Origin: Balanoglossus misakiensis
Taxonomy: Eukaryota > Animalia > Hemichordata
Length of the DNA stretch: 64,000 bases
Assembly (NCBI GenBank): GCA_040954595.2
Contig: CM082584.2
Coordinates: 8,943,146 to 9,007,145 of the forward strand
Direction: 5' to 3'
Within the stretch, counting starts at the first letter, position 1. Every line of letters begins with the position of its first letter. This document shows positions 14,101 to 27,155 of the stretch, one piece after another. The notes below the pieces were generated by a model, which did no database searches, was not told where the DNA came from, and saw nothing but the letters and a program-made list of their open reading frames with translations. Both the position numbers and the translations under genes were made by a program.

Positions 14101-17100
14101 AAATGAAAATGCTTGCCTGCATGCATACCGGATATTTCAGCAAACAGTTTTAAGTTTTAAAAGCAATGTGTATAGGCAAATCATTAGCCATTCATTTTGA
14201 TCGACTGATTAATACTTCATCAAGCTCATTTTTAGATGGTTATCACTCGCGAAGAGGAAAACGTCAGCACTTAAAAAATAATCAGGAATTTCTTTCAGCT
14301 CGATTGGTGGACCCCTTCCGGGCTTCCATGACACTCGTAATCACAAAACCACACACAGCCAATGAAATTCCACAACTGAACATGCCCTGTGTAACAGTTA
14401 TAGTGTCAACATTGACACAGCTGAAGTTGCCAGCAGTCGATACCCTATTCTCGAGTCCTCACGTACCGCGAGGAAAATGCTTTCAGTCAACACCGCAAAG
14501 CACTCATCATGTTCTGCGATCAATCGTAATGAATTTGCTCGGTGAGATTATTCAACTAGGTAAATGCCAGAAAACAGTATTAGACTGACTTGGTAAATAC
14601 ATTTTTTGTGTTTCAATCCTGGAATCTCAACTTCTTACATTCTGCTGTATTTGATGTGAAGTGTGCCTGGCTACGAAGTTAGAAAATTGGTCCATTGCTG
14701 AACTGAAGCTAACATTTCCAGCAAACAACATAGTCATTACACATCCTAATTTTCTTTGTTGGAATCTCAAAAACAACCGATCCTATTTCTTGTGTTATTT
14801 CAAGAACTTATTTATTTTCACTGCATGAACATCCCCAGGATAAACTTTCAGAACAGATACTTTTTGGCATTTCAAGTTAGTGTAGAACTATTGAGAAATT
14901 GTTACAAGAGGGTGTTGACTGTCTAACTTTCGAGACAATTCCACATTATATTACAAGTGCTGGTCAATATTCTAGACTTTTACTTTTAAGTTGAGGGCGC
15001 TGTCATCTTGATGAAGCAAAAAGCTGCAGTGATAAAATTTTCGAGTAACTGTAGTACTCTAGCAAGTGATCTATTTCATCTTGTTTCTTGGCAGTCCTTA
15101 TTGGTAACGGTGCTATTAGTGACAGTAGTTATAAATATTATATTTATTATGGACACTGGAAGAAAGATTAGAGAACAGAGAGATTATGAAGGTAAGTTGT
15201 TGTTTCTGAAATAAAAATTACATTATCTGGAGGTTTTATGAAAACAAATGTGATTGTTACCACAGGGTAAGTTTTATGGATTATATGGAATGATTACATG
15301 TATCAAATGGAAAGAACATAACCACAGAAAGCCTTTAGGCATCTTGTTTTAAACCGTAAAATGCTCTTTATTATAAGGACATTAGAGCCTTCGTAAATCA
15401 AATTTGATTTTATCGTTGACCATCGCAATCCATCACTGTGTGACAGTAATGTGTGTGAGACAAACAACCTTGGCAATGACTGATAATTTCTTCTTTATTT
15501 CTCCATCACAGAAGACGTTGGCCGGGATTTAAATTCCTTGAGCAAAGAAGGGGAGTCTGATATGTTTGATAATTTACCAAAGAGTTTAGAAATCGAAGTT
15601 TTATCAAGTGCGTCCAGGGTTTCTGTGTCTGTGGATGGCACTACGGTAAGTTAACATTATTGCAATAAGTGACACAGGGGGCGCTGTTCATCACAAACTT
15701 GTGATATAAATTTGGCTACCTCACTGTAAAAGCTGGTGTAACTGTCTGCTTTTTTTCTGTAGCAAAGTAAATTTTAAAAAAATACACACAGAGACGTATA
15801 CTGCACATTTTAACGTCATTTTCTTGAAATTTTCAGATTTTAGAAGATGAAGAAAAAGACAAGGGGAGGGGGATTCATATCATAGTTTTGAATCAGGGTA
15901 CTGCCAGTGTGATGGCGCAGAGAGTTTTTGATACCTATTCAGCTCATGAAGACGAAGCCATGGTTCTGTTTCTCAACATGGTATCTGATGGTCGAATTCT
16001 CATATTTGCCATCAAGGTAAGTCATTGACTCGTAGTCTTGAACACCGTTCTTTACGTCTACTATGGTAGAACCTGATATGTTTCATCCAAAACTGATGTG
16101 AAAAGAGCAAAAATTACTACCATACTATTGGCATCTTTATACCATCTGCATGTTATCACTTTCGAGGCACCAAGCTTGAAGATTTTTTGTGAACATTGGT
16201 AGTAATCTGTGGAGACTGAAATGCGCTGTGTTTTTTTCCCCCTCTCTAACAGGATGAGGGAACTTTCCAGATGAAAAGAGCAGCTCGGAGTCTACTGAAA
16301 ACCCTGGGAAGCAGCAAGGCTGACCAGATAGGGTGGAGGGACACATGGGCTATGGTCACTCAGAAACAAGGTAATGAGGCTGCCCTCTGCAACATGAGAA
16401 GTTACTGGGGATTATGTGAGAGCAACGAAAACCGAAACATATGTATAGATGTAATATCATTCAAATTGTCTGTCAGTTCCTGTCTGATTGGGGTCGTACG
16501 AAGCATCAATGTAGTGGAACACCGCCTAGTATCAAGGCCACTGGTGAACTAACACATCTTTGTCGAATTCTCTGCAGGTAAATTCTATGCAGAAGATCAC
16601 AACAAGGCACCAGACCTAGCCAGCTGGGGTGCCCCTGTCATTCTTAAAACTACAATACACCTGTCTACAGTGGAAGGTAGGTTGTGCAAGTGTTATCAAA
16701 TCTTGTAAAAGTTTTCATTTCGGCAAGTAGTGCCAGCACATAACAAACAAATTTGACCTTTCTGTGTTTTAGAAAGTGAATGTGACTGGCCGGACACGGA
16801 TGTCAACAGAAGACGGAAAGCATTTTGCAGCAAGATTGAAGGTTACGGAAGTTTGTGCAGTTGTCCAGATCCAGCTCCCATTGAAATGAATCCAGCTCCA
16901 GTGAGTACAGACTTAGGATTCTAGGAGAGTTTCCCCCTGTATATTCACCCCAGACACTTACTGTATTCCTGCTGACCCTTACTGATGGATGGTGCAGGGG
17001 GTTACACTACTGATATTATGAATTGTCTAAATGTGTATTGCCAATATAGCATGTCTTTGATGTGGATTTGGCTTACTGTTAACAGGCCAACATATTGAAA

Positions 17101-19886
17101 TCTTTAGTTTCTGCTTGAGACAGATTTAGAAGCATTGGATTCTGGTTGAAGCAGTCGCCTTATCTCAGCTTTCATTTCCTTGATGTTTTTTCAGATCATT
17201 GACAATCAAGTATGGGACATTCCTGTGACAATCATAGCCAGCAACAGACCAAATTATTTGTACAGAATGTTGAGATCCCTGTTATCTGCTCATGGTGGTA
17301 AGTACATGAAGTAAGACACTTGTACATAACAAGAGATGGCTTTATACATACATATCTATGCTTTATATTAATGAATGACTGAAGTGATTTTAGGAAAGGA
17401 AGAGGTGTAATTTGCTCTGTAGATGTGATTGGCCAACTCTATTTTTAAAAAGGATACTGTCATCTTTGGAATCAACTCAAATTCTGTTCTTGTATTTCCA
17501 GTCAACCCGAGTATGATCACAGTGTTCATCGACGGATACTTTGAAGAACCCATGGAGGTGGTGAAATTATTTGGTCTCCGTGGAATCCAACACACACCCA
17601 TTGGAGTGAAGAATGCCAGGATATCTCAGCATTACAAAGCCAGTCTCACAGCAATATTTAATCTCTTTCCAGTACGTATTAAACACATACATGTAATCTG
17701 CTTCAGTTTTGATACTTTTTTGTGATCAGTCTGGGTAAAATATCTTCTGATCATGTGTCCAAAACTTTGCAGATATTTTTGTGTTACTCAAGTCACGTTC
17801 AGTTAAGTTTGATTGGTAATATCTCATTTAATATTTACTTTTCAGGATGCCAAATATACAATCATTTTAGAAGAAGATTTAGATGTCTCAGAAGATTTTT
17901 TCAGGTACGAATTTGCTGTTCTTTTGGGGGGAGGGAGAATCGATGTTGTATTCAACTCTACAAAAGTGGTTATCTTCAAAGAAGCAGAAAAGCGTGTTGA
18001 AATTTAGAATTATGAATGTTTATTCTTTTTTTCCCCTGCAGTTATTTCAGTCAAACAGTTCACCTTTTAGAAGAAGATGACAGTATTTATTGTATCTCAG
18101 CTTGGAATGATCAGGTAGGAAAACTAATCAGATACAAAGTAGATGTATTCCAGGATGGGCTCTACCATGCTTTTAGTGAACCAGCCAGAATGGTTCCTCA
18201 GACAGTACACATGAAAACAAAACAGTGGTCCAGCTGCTTATGTAGTTTCTCTACACATTTTTTCCTCCAGGGTTATGAGCACACTTGTTCTGATCCAGCA
18301 CTTTTGTACAGAGTTGAGACGATGCCAGGATTAGGATGGCTCCTCAAGAGAAAACTTTATAAGGAAGAATTGGAACAAAAATGGCCGACTCCAGAAAAGG
18401 TTTGATGATCCATCTTGTTTGGGCAACTGGGAATGCAAAAATCCTGTCTGCAGTGCAGTGTGTGGAGCCAATTACTTGTGAAATTTTCAGAGAAATGTCT
18501 GCCTTTTGTAATCTCCACAAATTATAATGATTCAGAACTGAAATAATGTTGGCTATAATTCTGAGATCTTTCCTTACTGTTTCAAAACAGCTGTGGGATT
18601 GGGACATGTGGATGAGACTTCCGGATATCAGACAAGGGAGAGAATGTATCGTACCGGATATATCAAGAACGTATCACTTTGGATCCACCGGAATTAATAT
18701 GAACTCATACTTCCAGGTCTGTGTGTAATCTCCACTTTGCAATTTGTTTTCCATTATTACAAATGTTTGTTTTTTAATGACAGTGTTCAACTGATCGAAT
18801 GTTTTAACCAATGACTTTTTGATTTTCAGGACCTTTATTTTAAAAAGCATCCTCTAAACATAGTACCACATGTCAAACTCAAAAACGTGGACAGAATGAA
18901 GAAAGATGCTTATGAAGAGGATGTTAGTTATTTGATCAGCAATGCCGAGGTCTTAGATCACAACAAGTCCCCGTGTGAAGATGGGTTCGTGCCAGAAACT
19001 TCCGATAAAACTTATGTCATGTTCATCAAGATGTCCCATGAACAGGACTATGAGACGTGGACAGAACTTGCTAAGGTGAGGTCTGGCAATAAAGCCCAGT
19101 GTTGACTTTGTTCAGTGTTTTTGTGATGTGTGAGCGAACAATACAAAGAAAAGGATGGTTGTGAAGGGCCGTAATAAAGATGGTTTACCCCGAAAGCAGT
19201 TCTGTGGAAATTATGTGAAATATCACCTGATCATGCCACCGTTTCTTGATACCGGTTGTCAGTAATTCCCAGTTTGAGCCAAGAACAGTTGATTTGGTTT
19301 TTAACACTATACAGAGTGATACTAGTGAACCCAGGTTTTTTTGGTCTCAAAATCATCCGATGACAGACAATATATCTGTGCCATGTCAATGGATCAAGTT
19401 TATGATCATTATAGTGACATTTGTGTCTTATTTTATGTTACAGTGCTTCCATATATGGGACTTGGATGTCCGCGGATTCCACAAAGCCATGTGGCGAATG
19501 TTTATGAAGAAAAATGCGCTTTTTATTGTGGGTGATCCAGCCTCTCCTTACTCGTAAGTATATGTACATGTACATGGGTAATGTCTGAAACAACACTGAA
19601 TCCTACAGCAGCTGTGTTCTGTGGGTAGAACAGCCATCAGTGGCATGTATTAGATATTCTCTCAGGCTGGTAAGTCAGACAATCAGAAATTTAAGTAAAT
19701 CTTAGCCCTTTCATGTGCCACGTACCAACTTCAAAAAATTGCAGATGTTGGCATTGATTTGAATGAAACATGCTCATTAAGAGATTTACTATGAACTACT
19801 TTTCATCCTTTATTTTCAGAAAATACAAACCAGCGTCGGTCGCTCCAATCTACATTAAGAAAAAAGATGAGAAGAAAGGAAGGTGA
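2117..19886 (+). CDS. POMGNT1: Protein O-linked-mannose beta-1,2-N-acetylglucosaminyltransferase 1 (GT13 family, type II Golgi membrane protein), 654 aa
   Basis: Exons 2117-2242, 15095-15191, 15512-15645, 15837-16016, 16253-16370, 16578-16676, 16773-16900, 17195-17297, 17502-17671, 17846-17904, 18042-18114, 18271-18399, 18591-18716, 18830-19075, 19444-19553, 19820-19886. All introns are GT..AG; total 1965 nt in frame, ending in TGA. N-terminus MDDWHPNP resembles human MDDWKPSP. TM segment [18 protein letters not shown]; stem domain [11 protein letters not shown]...FDTYS; catalytic motifs [59 protein letters not shown]. Confidence 0.96.
6140..6233. mobile_element. Short non-autonomous TIR element (piggyBac-like MITE), copy 1
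   Basis: TTAA-CCCTTTCACC...GGATGAAAGAT-TTAA: imperfect terminal inverted repeats with TTAA on both sides. Aligns along its length with 60361-60450. Confidence 0.6.
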
Positions 19887-20235
19887 TGAATAGAGGAATA
19901 AAGAGAAATGATTTGTAGATAAAAAGATGAGAAACTTTATATTTGTAGACCAAAGTTCTTTTCAGAAAAGCGTACAACTCAGTCTTATTTTCATACTATA
20001 TGCAAATGATGATTTTATTGAGTGAAGAAATGCGAAGAAGTGGAGAAGCCATTTTTAATAGAAAAGAGGTGTCATAGTTTAGAATCAGGTACACCTTCGG
20101 CTTGATTTAATAGGGCTTGACCGTTTTGTAGACTAGGGGCGGTCAAAATTTGCAGGGTTGGGAAAGTTTATGTCTATTAAGATGTGGTGTATCTAGCTTG
20201 TTCATTGATGTATGAGGTGGTATTGGCATATAGTC

Positions 20236-20270
20236 TGTGTGTGTGAGAGCGTGTGTGTGTGTGTGTGTGT
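20236..20270. repeat. (TG)n microsatellite in the POMGNT1 3'UTR
   Basis: Interrupted TG dinucleotide run. Confidence 0.9.
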
Positions 20271-21731
20271 TTGTGGTAGGTGATTTGCTAAATGAAGAGA
20301 ATGCCAACAACCAATGAAATTGCTTGAAAAATAATGAACATTTACAGGACTCATCTGCATGTGACACGAAAGATCAAATTTCAAACTGCATGAAAAATTA
20401 GTTTACGAAAGTAGATGGTAGCAAGCAATACATATTTGTCTTTTTACGTGACGTGTTTTAAAGCTTTTATTGTGCGTATTTACCATGGCAACTAAGAGGT
20501 TGAGGACAGTTGTCAGATTAAGCATGCTGAAGGGAGATAATCTTGAAAGTGTTTGGCAATCATTAAAAGATACTTTTGTCAGACTTGTTTCTTCTGCTGC
20601 GAACAGTTAGCATTAAGTTGCAGCCAGAAAATATGTAGATAGTTTATTTTCATGAATGAAGATATAATTGGAGGAATAGAGAGAGAGAGATTGTAGTTAT
20701 ATGTATTTAAAGTGACTTGTGCAATGTCTTATTATTTATTCAGTGTTTTGATTTCTATCTTCAATGTAGTATTAGGCTGCTTATTATCTTGCTGGTAAAG
20801 TTGACAATTTTTGTTGTATGTAACACATTGTAGATTTGAAAAAAAAAATTATGCCACTTAAATTTGCAAATGTTTAAACAGTAATATTTGAAAGAAGTGA
20901 AAGTTTGCAAGCAAGTTTAATTGAAATTTCATGTTTGTGAACTTCTGCTATACTGTAGTTTGTTAATTATTGTCAAGCTTTTGTTTTGAATTTCATTGTA
21001 GGATTTTACTGTTCTGCTGTGCAGGAATACTTGAGTGAAGTTCAATTTTTATTTTTATTTTTGAGAGGTGTTGTGTGATGTTTCAGTGACTTGATTTTCT
21101 GTGTGGTCCCGGCATTCGTATGTCACCAAAGCATGAGTATGACACTGAGCTACTACAAATCAAAACGTCCAATCAGTTAATTAACCCTCAGTCCAACCTC
21201 ACAACAGGAAACTCTAGGATGAGACGCACCTTGCAATGATAAGAGGGCAGAACTTGTCACTGCCAATAATTAACTGAAAACATTGATTCAGTTAGACTTC
21301 AATTGAATAAGCAGCTACTTGGTCATTGTGATATTTTTTTCTACAATGTATTTTTAAAGAATTGCTTTTATTTCTGAACCATAATCTACAGACCTCAGTC
21401 ATACACTGACATTTTCGTTTAATTAACCGATACTACTAGTATAATATCAATTTTCTGCGTTATGATTGAATTCCATCTTGTGCAACTGCCATGGAAACCA
21501 TTTAGGATTTCCTCTCTGAAATATATACAGTGGTTGAGAGTGAAATATACCTTGAAGATAGGTGAATTTTTATGGAAAAGACTTTTAAGTTCTCTGTGGT
21601 TTTACTATGCATGCAGGGCACTTCGTTATATTGAGATTGTTTCTATGGTAACCAACAGTACTGCAGGTTGCACATGAACAATTTCTAGATGAATACTTGT
21701 TGAAAAGAATATAGTTAATTGAAAAACGTGA

Positions 21732-21737
21732 AATAAA
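21732..21737 (+). terminator. Candidate poly(A) signal of POMGNT1 (about 1.85-kb 3'UTR)
   Basis: AATAAA after a long U-rich region and followed by TG-rich sequence (ttgatgtgatgccttgtgtt). Confidence 0.4.
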
Positions 21738-24700
21738 ACCAGTATTAATTTTATTGAATCTTGAAATTTAAATTTGATGTGATGCCTTGTGTTCCTTGAT
21801 CTGACCCTTGTCAGTTTTAGTTTGACTGCATCCATCCATTCATTTTGGTGTTTTGTTGTAGTCTGAGTATGTGCTGGTGTGTCTAACTCTTTCTGTGATG
21901 TTAATTAATCATATCTAATTTGCCTAATAACTTAGCTTCACCTGGATGGATATCCTGCCAGCCAATCATTTCCTTCCATACATCTGCAGTTGTCATTAAA
22001 AAAAACACTGATGCAACCTTCAGTTCTCATCAAGCATGTAGCCAAAGCAGTCACTTGGAACATGTTCTGTGTTTTTCAGGTTAGTACATGTACATTTGAA
22101 AGTTTTCACAGTATATTTTTCGAGTCTGCATGTAGTTTCATACAAAGTCCCCAAATTATTTTTTTGTTCTCGGTGTATTTGGTCTTCAATTTGTTTAGTC
22201 ACTGTCCGAGGTTGGACTATGTAGCAATACACATTCATTTTTATAGTGGTCAATTTTATTCCCCCATCTTCTTTTGTGGTTTGCTGTCTAGGTAAAAACA
22301 TAGTAGGAAGGTAGATGTTTCAAGACATCGAAAAGGTCTAAAATTCTTCTTTGCATGGTCGAAACAAGGTAAGCGTGTACATGTACTTGATAGAGCGCCC
22401 TCTAGCAACAATTTTACAAATTGTTCGTTTTTTATGGTGCTCACCGCAATCGACAGGGCGCTAGCGCTGTCCACCCGCCCTTGGAAACAGTCGCGTGTGT
22501 ATCATGTGAGCTCCAGTTCGCTCAACATCTGTTTATATTTCGTGTAGTAGACGCTGAGAGCACTGCACGAACTCAGTGGAGCTCACACGCGATTGATAGG
22601 GACACTGCCTCTGTGGTCGACCGGTCATTGAACTTTTATGTTCCAACCTCCTCCTGTTCATCATCAGTCGCCATGACGACGGGCGAACGTACACACTGTG
22701 TGCAGTTGTTTAGCCTGGTCTGGGTTGTGTAAAGTCCCAGGCTTGGTGTACAAGTAACCCCCCTGCCCGTTGTTTAACCGTGGTAAAAAAAGGTCGATGG
22801 GAGTGTGGGGAAAATACAAGTACGAGAAAATTAACCTGCAAATTGCGAATAGACATAGGGCCTATAGGTTGTTTAAAATACAGTAACAAAAGTGGCTCCA
22901 TGATACTTTCCCCTATGCATTGTAGGTCAATGACTCTCTTGAGACAATAGTGTCGGGAAATCAACTTTGGGGATCTATACTTTTGGCAGATACTCTAATT
23001 GTTCTCAAATTTCGAGGTCTGTTCCACCATTACATCGTTACGGAACCGGAAGTCTATTGTGACAGTGGTACAATATAGCTGGGACAAGCGGCGCGAGGAT
23101 GATATGGGAAAAGTCATTCAACTCTAGTCCGCTCCATGCATAGTATGTACGCATGTTGGAACTGTGGCCAAAAGTGACCGAGGAAAGTTATTGAGAATAT
23201 TAAATTACATGTATAGACACTGGCAGCTGAATGCTTTCTAAATATCTTGTGTTCAGCATCTTTACGCGGAGAGATATCTTTTCTCGAAATTCGTCGGACC
23301 ATATACCGCTGTGAGTGTGGAGAAAAAGTAGATTACAGGGTCGTTGAGCTTCTCAAATCATAGACAGTAGAAAATACTACTGTCTGTGTTTAAAATAATG
23401 TTAGTGTAAACAGGTGTCTATTTTTGGCTTATATGAGTCCACAAACTCTTCTTATCGTGGTGCCGTCCGGGAAATACGGCTAATAAAGTTTGGCGAAAAT
23501 AAGTTTGGGTCTCACTATAAGGTATACCGGAAAATGTTATCAAGTTCACACTAGTAGGCTAGGCGAATCATGGCCTAAAACACGTACATGTAGGCCTAGG
23601 CTAGTTGTAGTAAGGGACTAAAATGTCATATAAATCATCGAATCTTTAATTAAGAGGACGAGAAAGGGGGCGTTAAGACAGACATTGGAAATGTCGATGT
23701 TTTGAGGGTGCCATGACAACGTCATAAACACCCCCCCCCCCCCACACACACACACACGTCTTCGGAATGAGTTAGATGATTGCGCGCATGCTCAATAGTC
23801 ACCATTTGAAAGTTGCTTGCACGAAACTGAGCGTAGTTATACAGTTGACGTCACCAATGTTTGGAAGTTGCCATGGCGACGTTGCAAACTCTCCCTTACC
23901 CTCTCCGGGGTCGTGTTTCGTGACATAATGGGTACTCTGAAAAAAGTTCATTTTGAGCCGATTTGATGTTTTCCTGTATGCGTTCATTTGTTGAGTTTTG
24001 TGTTCTGGTCTGCGTGTGGGAAGGTACCTTGCATGTGGGTATCCGGGAACACACTAGAAGTCTCATTTTCAGAACCTCTACGTCACGCACGGAGTTACTA
24101 TGACGTCAACAAACAAATAAACGGGGTGTATCGAAGAGATACGTGCCATTGCATTGCAGTACTGACCGGTACATGTGGTCGTGCAAAGGTCGTTCCGTCT
24201 GACCATCGTAAGGTCATCCACGTCACAGACACGTCCTCAAACACGCCACACCATGTGGACAAGTCAATTATTTGATTGGGAGGATTATAAAAGATAAAGG
24301 GAGGGCGTCTAGAATTAACAATAGGTGCAATGATGCAATGTACGCACAAGTGATGCGTGAGATAAATATGCGTGTACCCTTCTCTGTCCGGGCCACGACG
24401 AAAGATCCTTGATAATTAGCATTTAGGACCCCTCCTCACACACCCTACGGGAAAAGTCACACGCCAACTCCGGGCGGGTTGCAAACTTATAACAGTGAAA
24501 TCGTGACGTTTGCGCAACAAACGTTATCGTCTATTACCTTTTACGTACTACATATTGATATGTATTAAAGATAAAGGGCGAATCACTTCGTGGAACCGCA
24601 TCCTTGTGATACCCGTACCCAAGGGGGTCATCCGTACAGGATAAGAAATCGTTTCCGGAACTTTAAGATTTTTGTTAACTCGATGGTAATCTGGTATTTA

Positions 24701-25434
24701 TGTAGAGTTAAGATTAAAGTTTGGACACGCCTTTGACAAACGAATAGCCTCTACAGGTCACGCATAGCATCCCAAACCGACAGTCAAAAATCCCCGGGAC
24801 CATCCCTTCTCCATGACAACCCAGCGGCCATTTTGTCTCCGAGGACTACTAGACGATACCCGGATGTACCTCATAACCTACACGAACATGTAATAAACAT
24901 CATTGTAGGTTTTCAAAGCAAAGTCTCTAAATCACTGTGATAGGAAATAACCTAGGAATAGTCTCACACTATAAATGGACAAGGAAGAGAAACGTCACAT
25001 TTCCTGTGGCTAGAATTCTTGGAACCCTTGAACAATTTTACTACATTATCAACCTTTGTTGTTTTGTACATCACAAGACTGGCATGTTTTCGTAAACATA
25101 CAATAACATCTTTGATCCTAATAACATAGGATGGAAATTTACCTCCTGTTTAGTATCTGACACCCACCCACACTAAAACATGACAATTCCTTTGCTGTTC
25201 CATCAAGTTGCACTACCACAACTGTGCCTGTAAATCATCCGCCATTCCATCAGCTCATACTACTCCCCTCCCATATTACATATATGTACAGCCTCTGCTG
25301 GCTCCCACACTCCACATCAAAGACCACAGCATCCGAATATCGAACATTCAGAGTTTTCTAACACAAACATAACCATGGAAACCATGTATTAACATAGTAA
25401 CTCACCGAACACAAACTTTAAAATTTCCAATGTT

Positions 25435-25440
25435 TTTATT
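25435..25440 (-). terminator. Candidate poly(A) signal of GADD45
   Basis: AATAAA on the minus strand at the end of an AU-rich region, followed by a GT-rich element (gtttgtgttcggtg). Confidence 0.5.
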
Positions 25441-26970
25441 CAAACATGGAATAATATCGAAAATACATTATGTATAAACCACTTGGAAGTCATATAAAAT
25501 GGGTAATACAAAAATTCACAATTTCACATTCACTTCCTTAATTAATAACAATATAGTTCATAAAACTTACAATATTTTCTTGTCAGAATTGTTATGTACA
25601 ATGCAGTTTTAACTAAAATTACAACCCAACTAAAAAATTTGGGTATTATACTACAGCTTCAATAGCTGATACACACATATAAAAGTGTATATTGCACACC
25701 TGTATAATAAATGTGAGGTGTGGATAAAAGAATGTTTGACCCTCAATCGCAGGCCAATATCATTCTGTATCTCCCTGACTGGAAGACTAATAAATTACAA
25801 AAAGTACACATAAGTTAACTCTCCAAATTGTGCCAAGATCGTCTGATAGGTATGATCAACCAATCCCTGACTACTTAAAAAGTAAATAATAATAACTTGA
25901 ACAACATCAGAAGGTTGCAAGACTGAACTGCATGGCAAACAAACAGATATGATAAGCAAGTCACACAACTATATACAGGTGTGTCCAACAGGTCAGAGCG
26001 AAATTCTGATGCGTCCAACAGGTCAGGAGAAAGCTTACATGTGCTATGCAAGTACGAGAAAGTAAAGTCTTGCGCGTGTTTATCTCAACAGACGAGTAAT
26101 ATCATGTTATTCCATGTTCACGATGGCATGCGCCCAGATTCAGCCCATCCACCAGAGTAACAGCTTTCATTTGTGCCAACAATGTTTCATGTAGATGTTA
26201 TCGTTCTGGGCCAACGATTTTAAATGATACAGATGGTCCTAAATTCTCTCAAACAATATATTTCCGCATGGAAAACTCAGAAATGATACTTTGTTTAGTG
26301 CACAGAACAAAGATGACAAAGACAGTAAAAACCAGCAAAAACTCATAACAAGTAGGCAGAGAATGTCATTGTGGGTTTTCCTTTGAAATATTAATTTTTT
26401 TGTCTATAAACAAACTTCCCCACTATATCCTTATATATACCAATTATATTTGATATTTTTTTCAGAAATTCCCAAGAATTCTTCATACAGTGCATTTCTT
26501 ATGTCACTAAAATAACTGGATACTTGCTGTTTTTATTTCTAATGGCATCTTCCTGGGAAGAATGCTTTTTTCTGCCATTTTCACACTTTTTCTTCTCATT
26601 TTACAGATGTATTTTTTTATCTTTTATGACAACTTTTTTGGTCTTTTTGTGCATAGTCTGCATACATAAAAGTAGTTTACATATTCATGCACTACTCGGA
26701 CAAACAGTTAATATCGTCAAAAAAATATCTGTATAGTTGGACCCTTTCGACATCGATTGTCACGAGAGATTTGATTGGATGTTGATCTTCTCGGCGGTGT
26801 CTCATCACTGTCCCCCATACATTGGGTTGCCGGGTAACCTCATCTGAATCAGCTGGAGTCAATCGGCATGGCGACAGGGAACTTCAGGCAGGTCACAGAG
26901 AAGCGACGGCCATGATAGTCATATTCTGACGACCAATAGAACAAGCCAGGTCACTATTTATTGTGGCAGC

Positions 26971-27131
26971 CTGAAAAACAGATCAGAAATTCCTTAACAG
27001 TTAATTCCGTGCCAATTCAACGTGGATAATAGACACTAACTGCTATCTCACATGCTAAGTCTAAGTCCTCTTCCTTGTAAAAGACACGCAGGACAAATCA
27101 GTTTTGTATGGCAATCAGATCCGTTTCTCAC
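26971..27131 (-). other. GADD45: Predicted intron in the GADD45 3'UTR
   Basis: Donor GAAG|GTGAGA lies 24 nt after the TGA; acceptor tgtttttcag|G lies 161 nt further on. Confidence 0.6.
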
Positions 27132-27155
27132 CTTCATTTTTTCCCTGTCGTCTCT

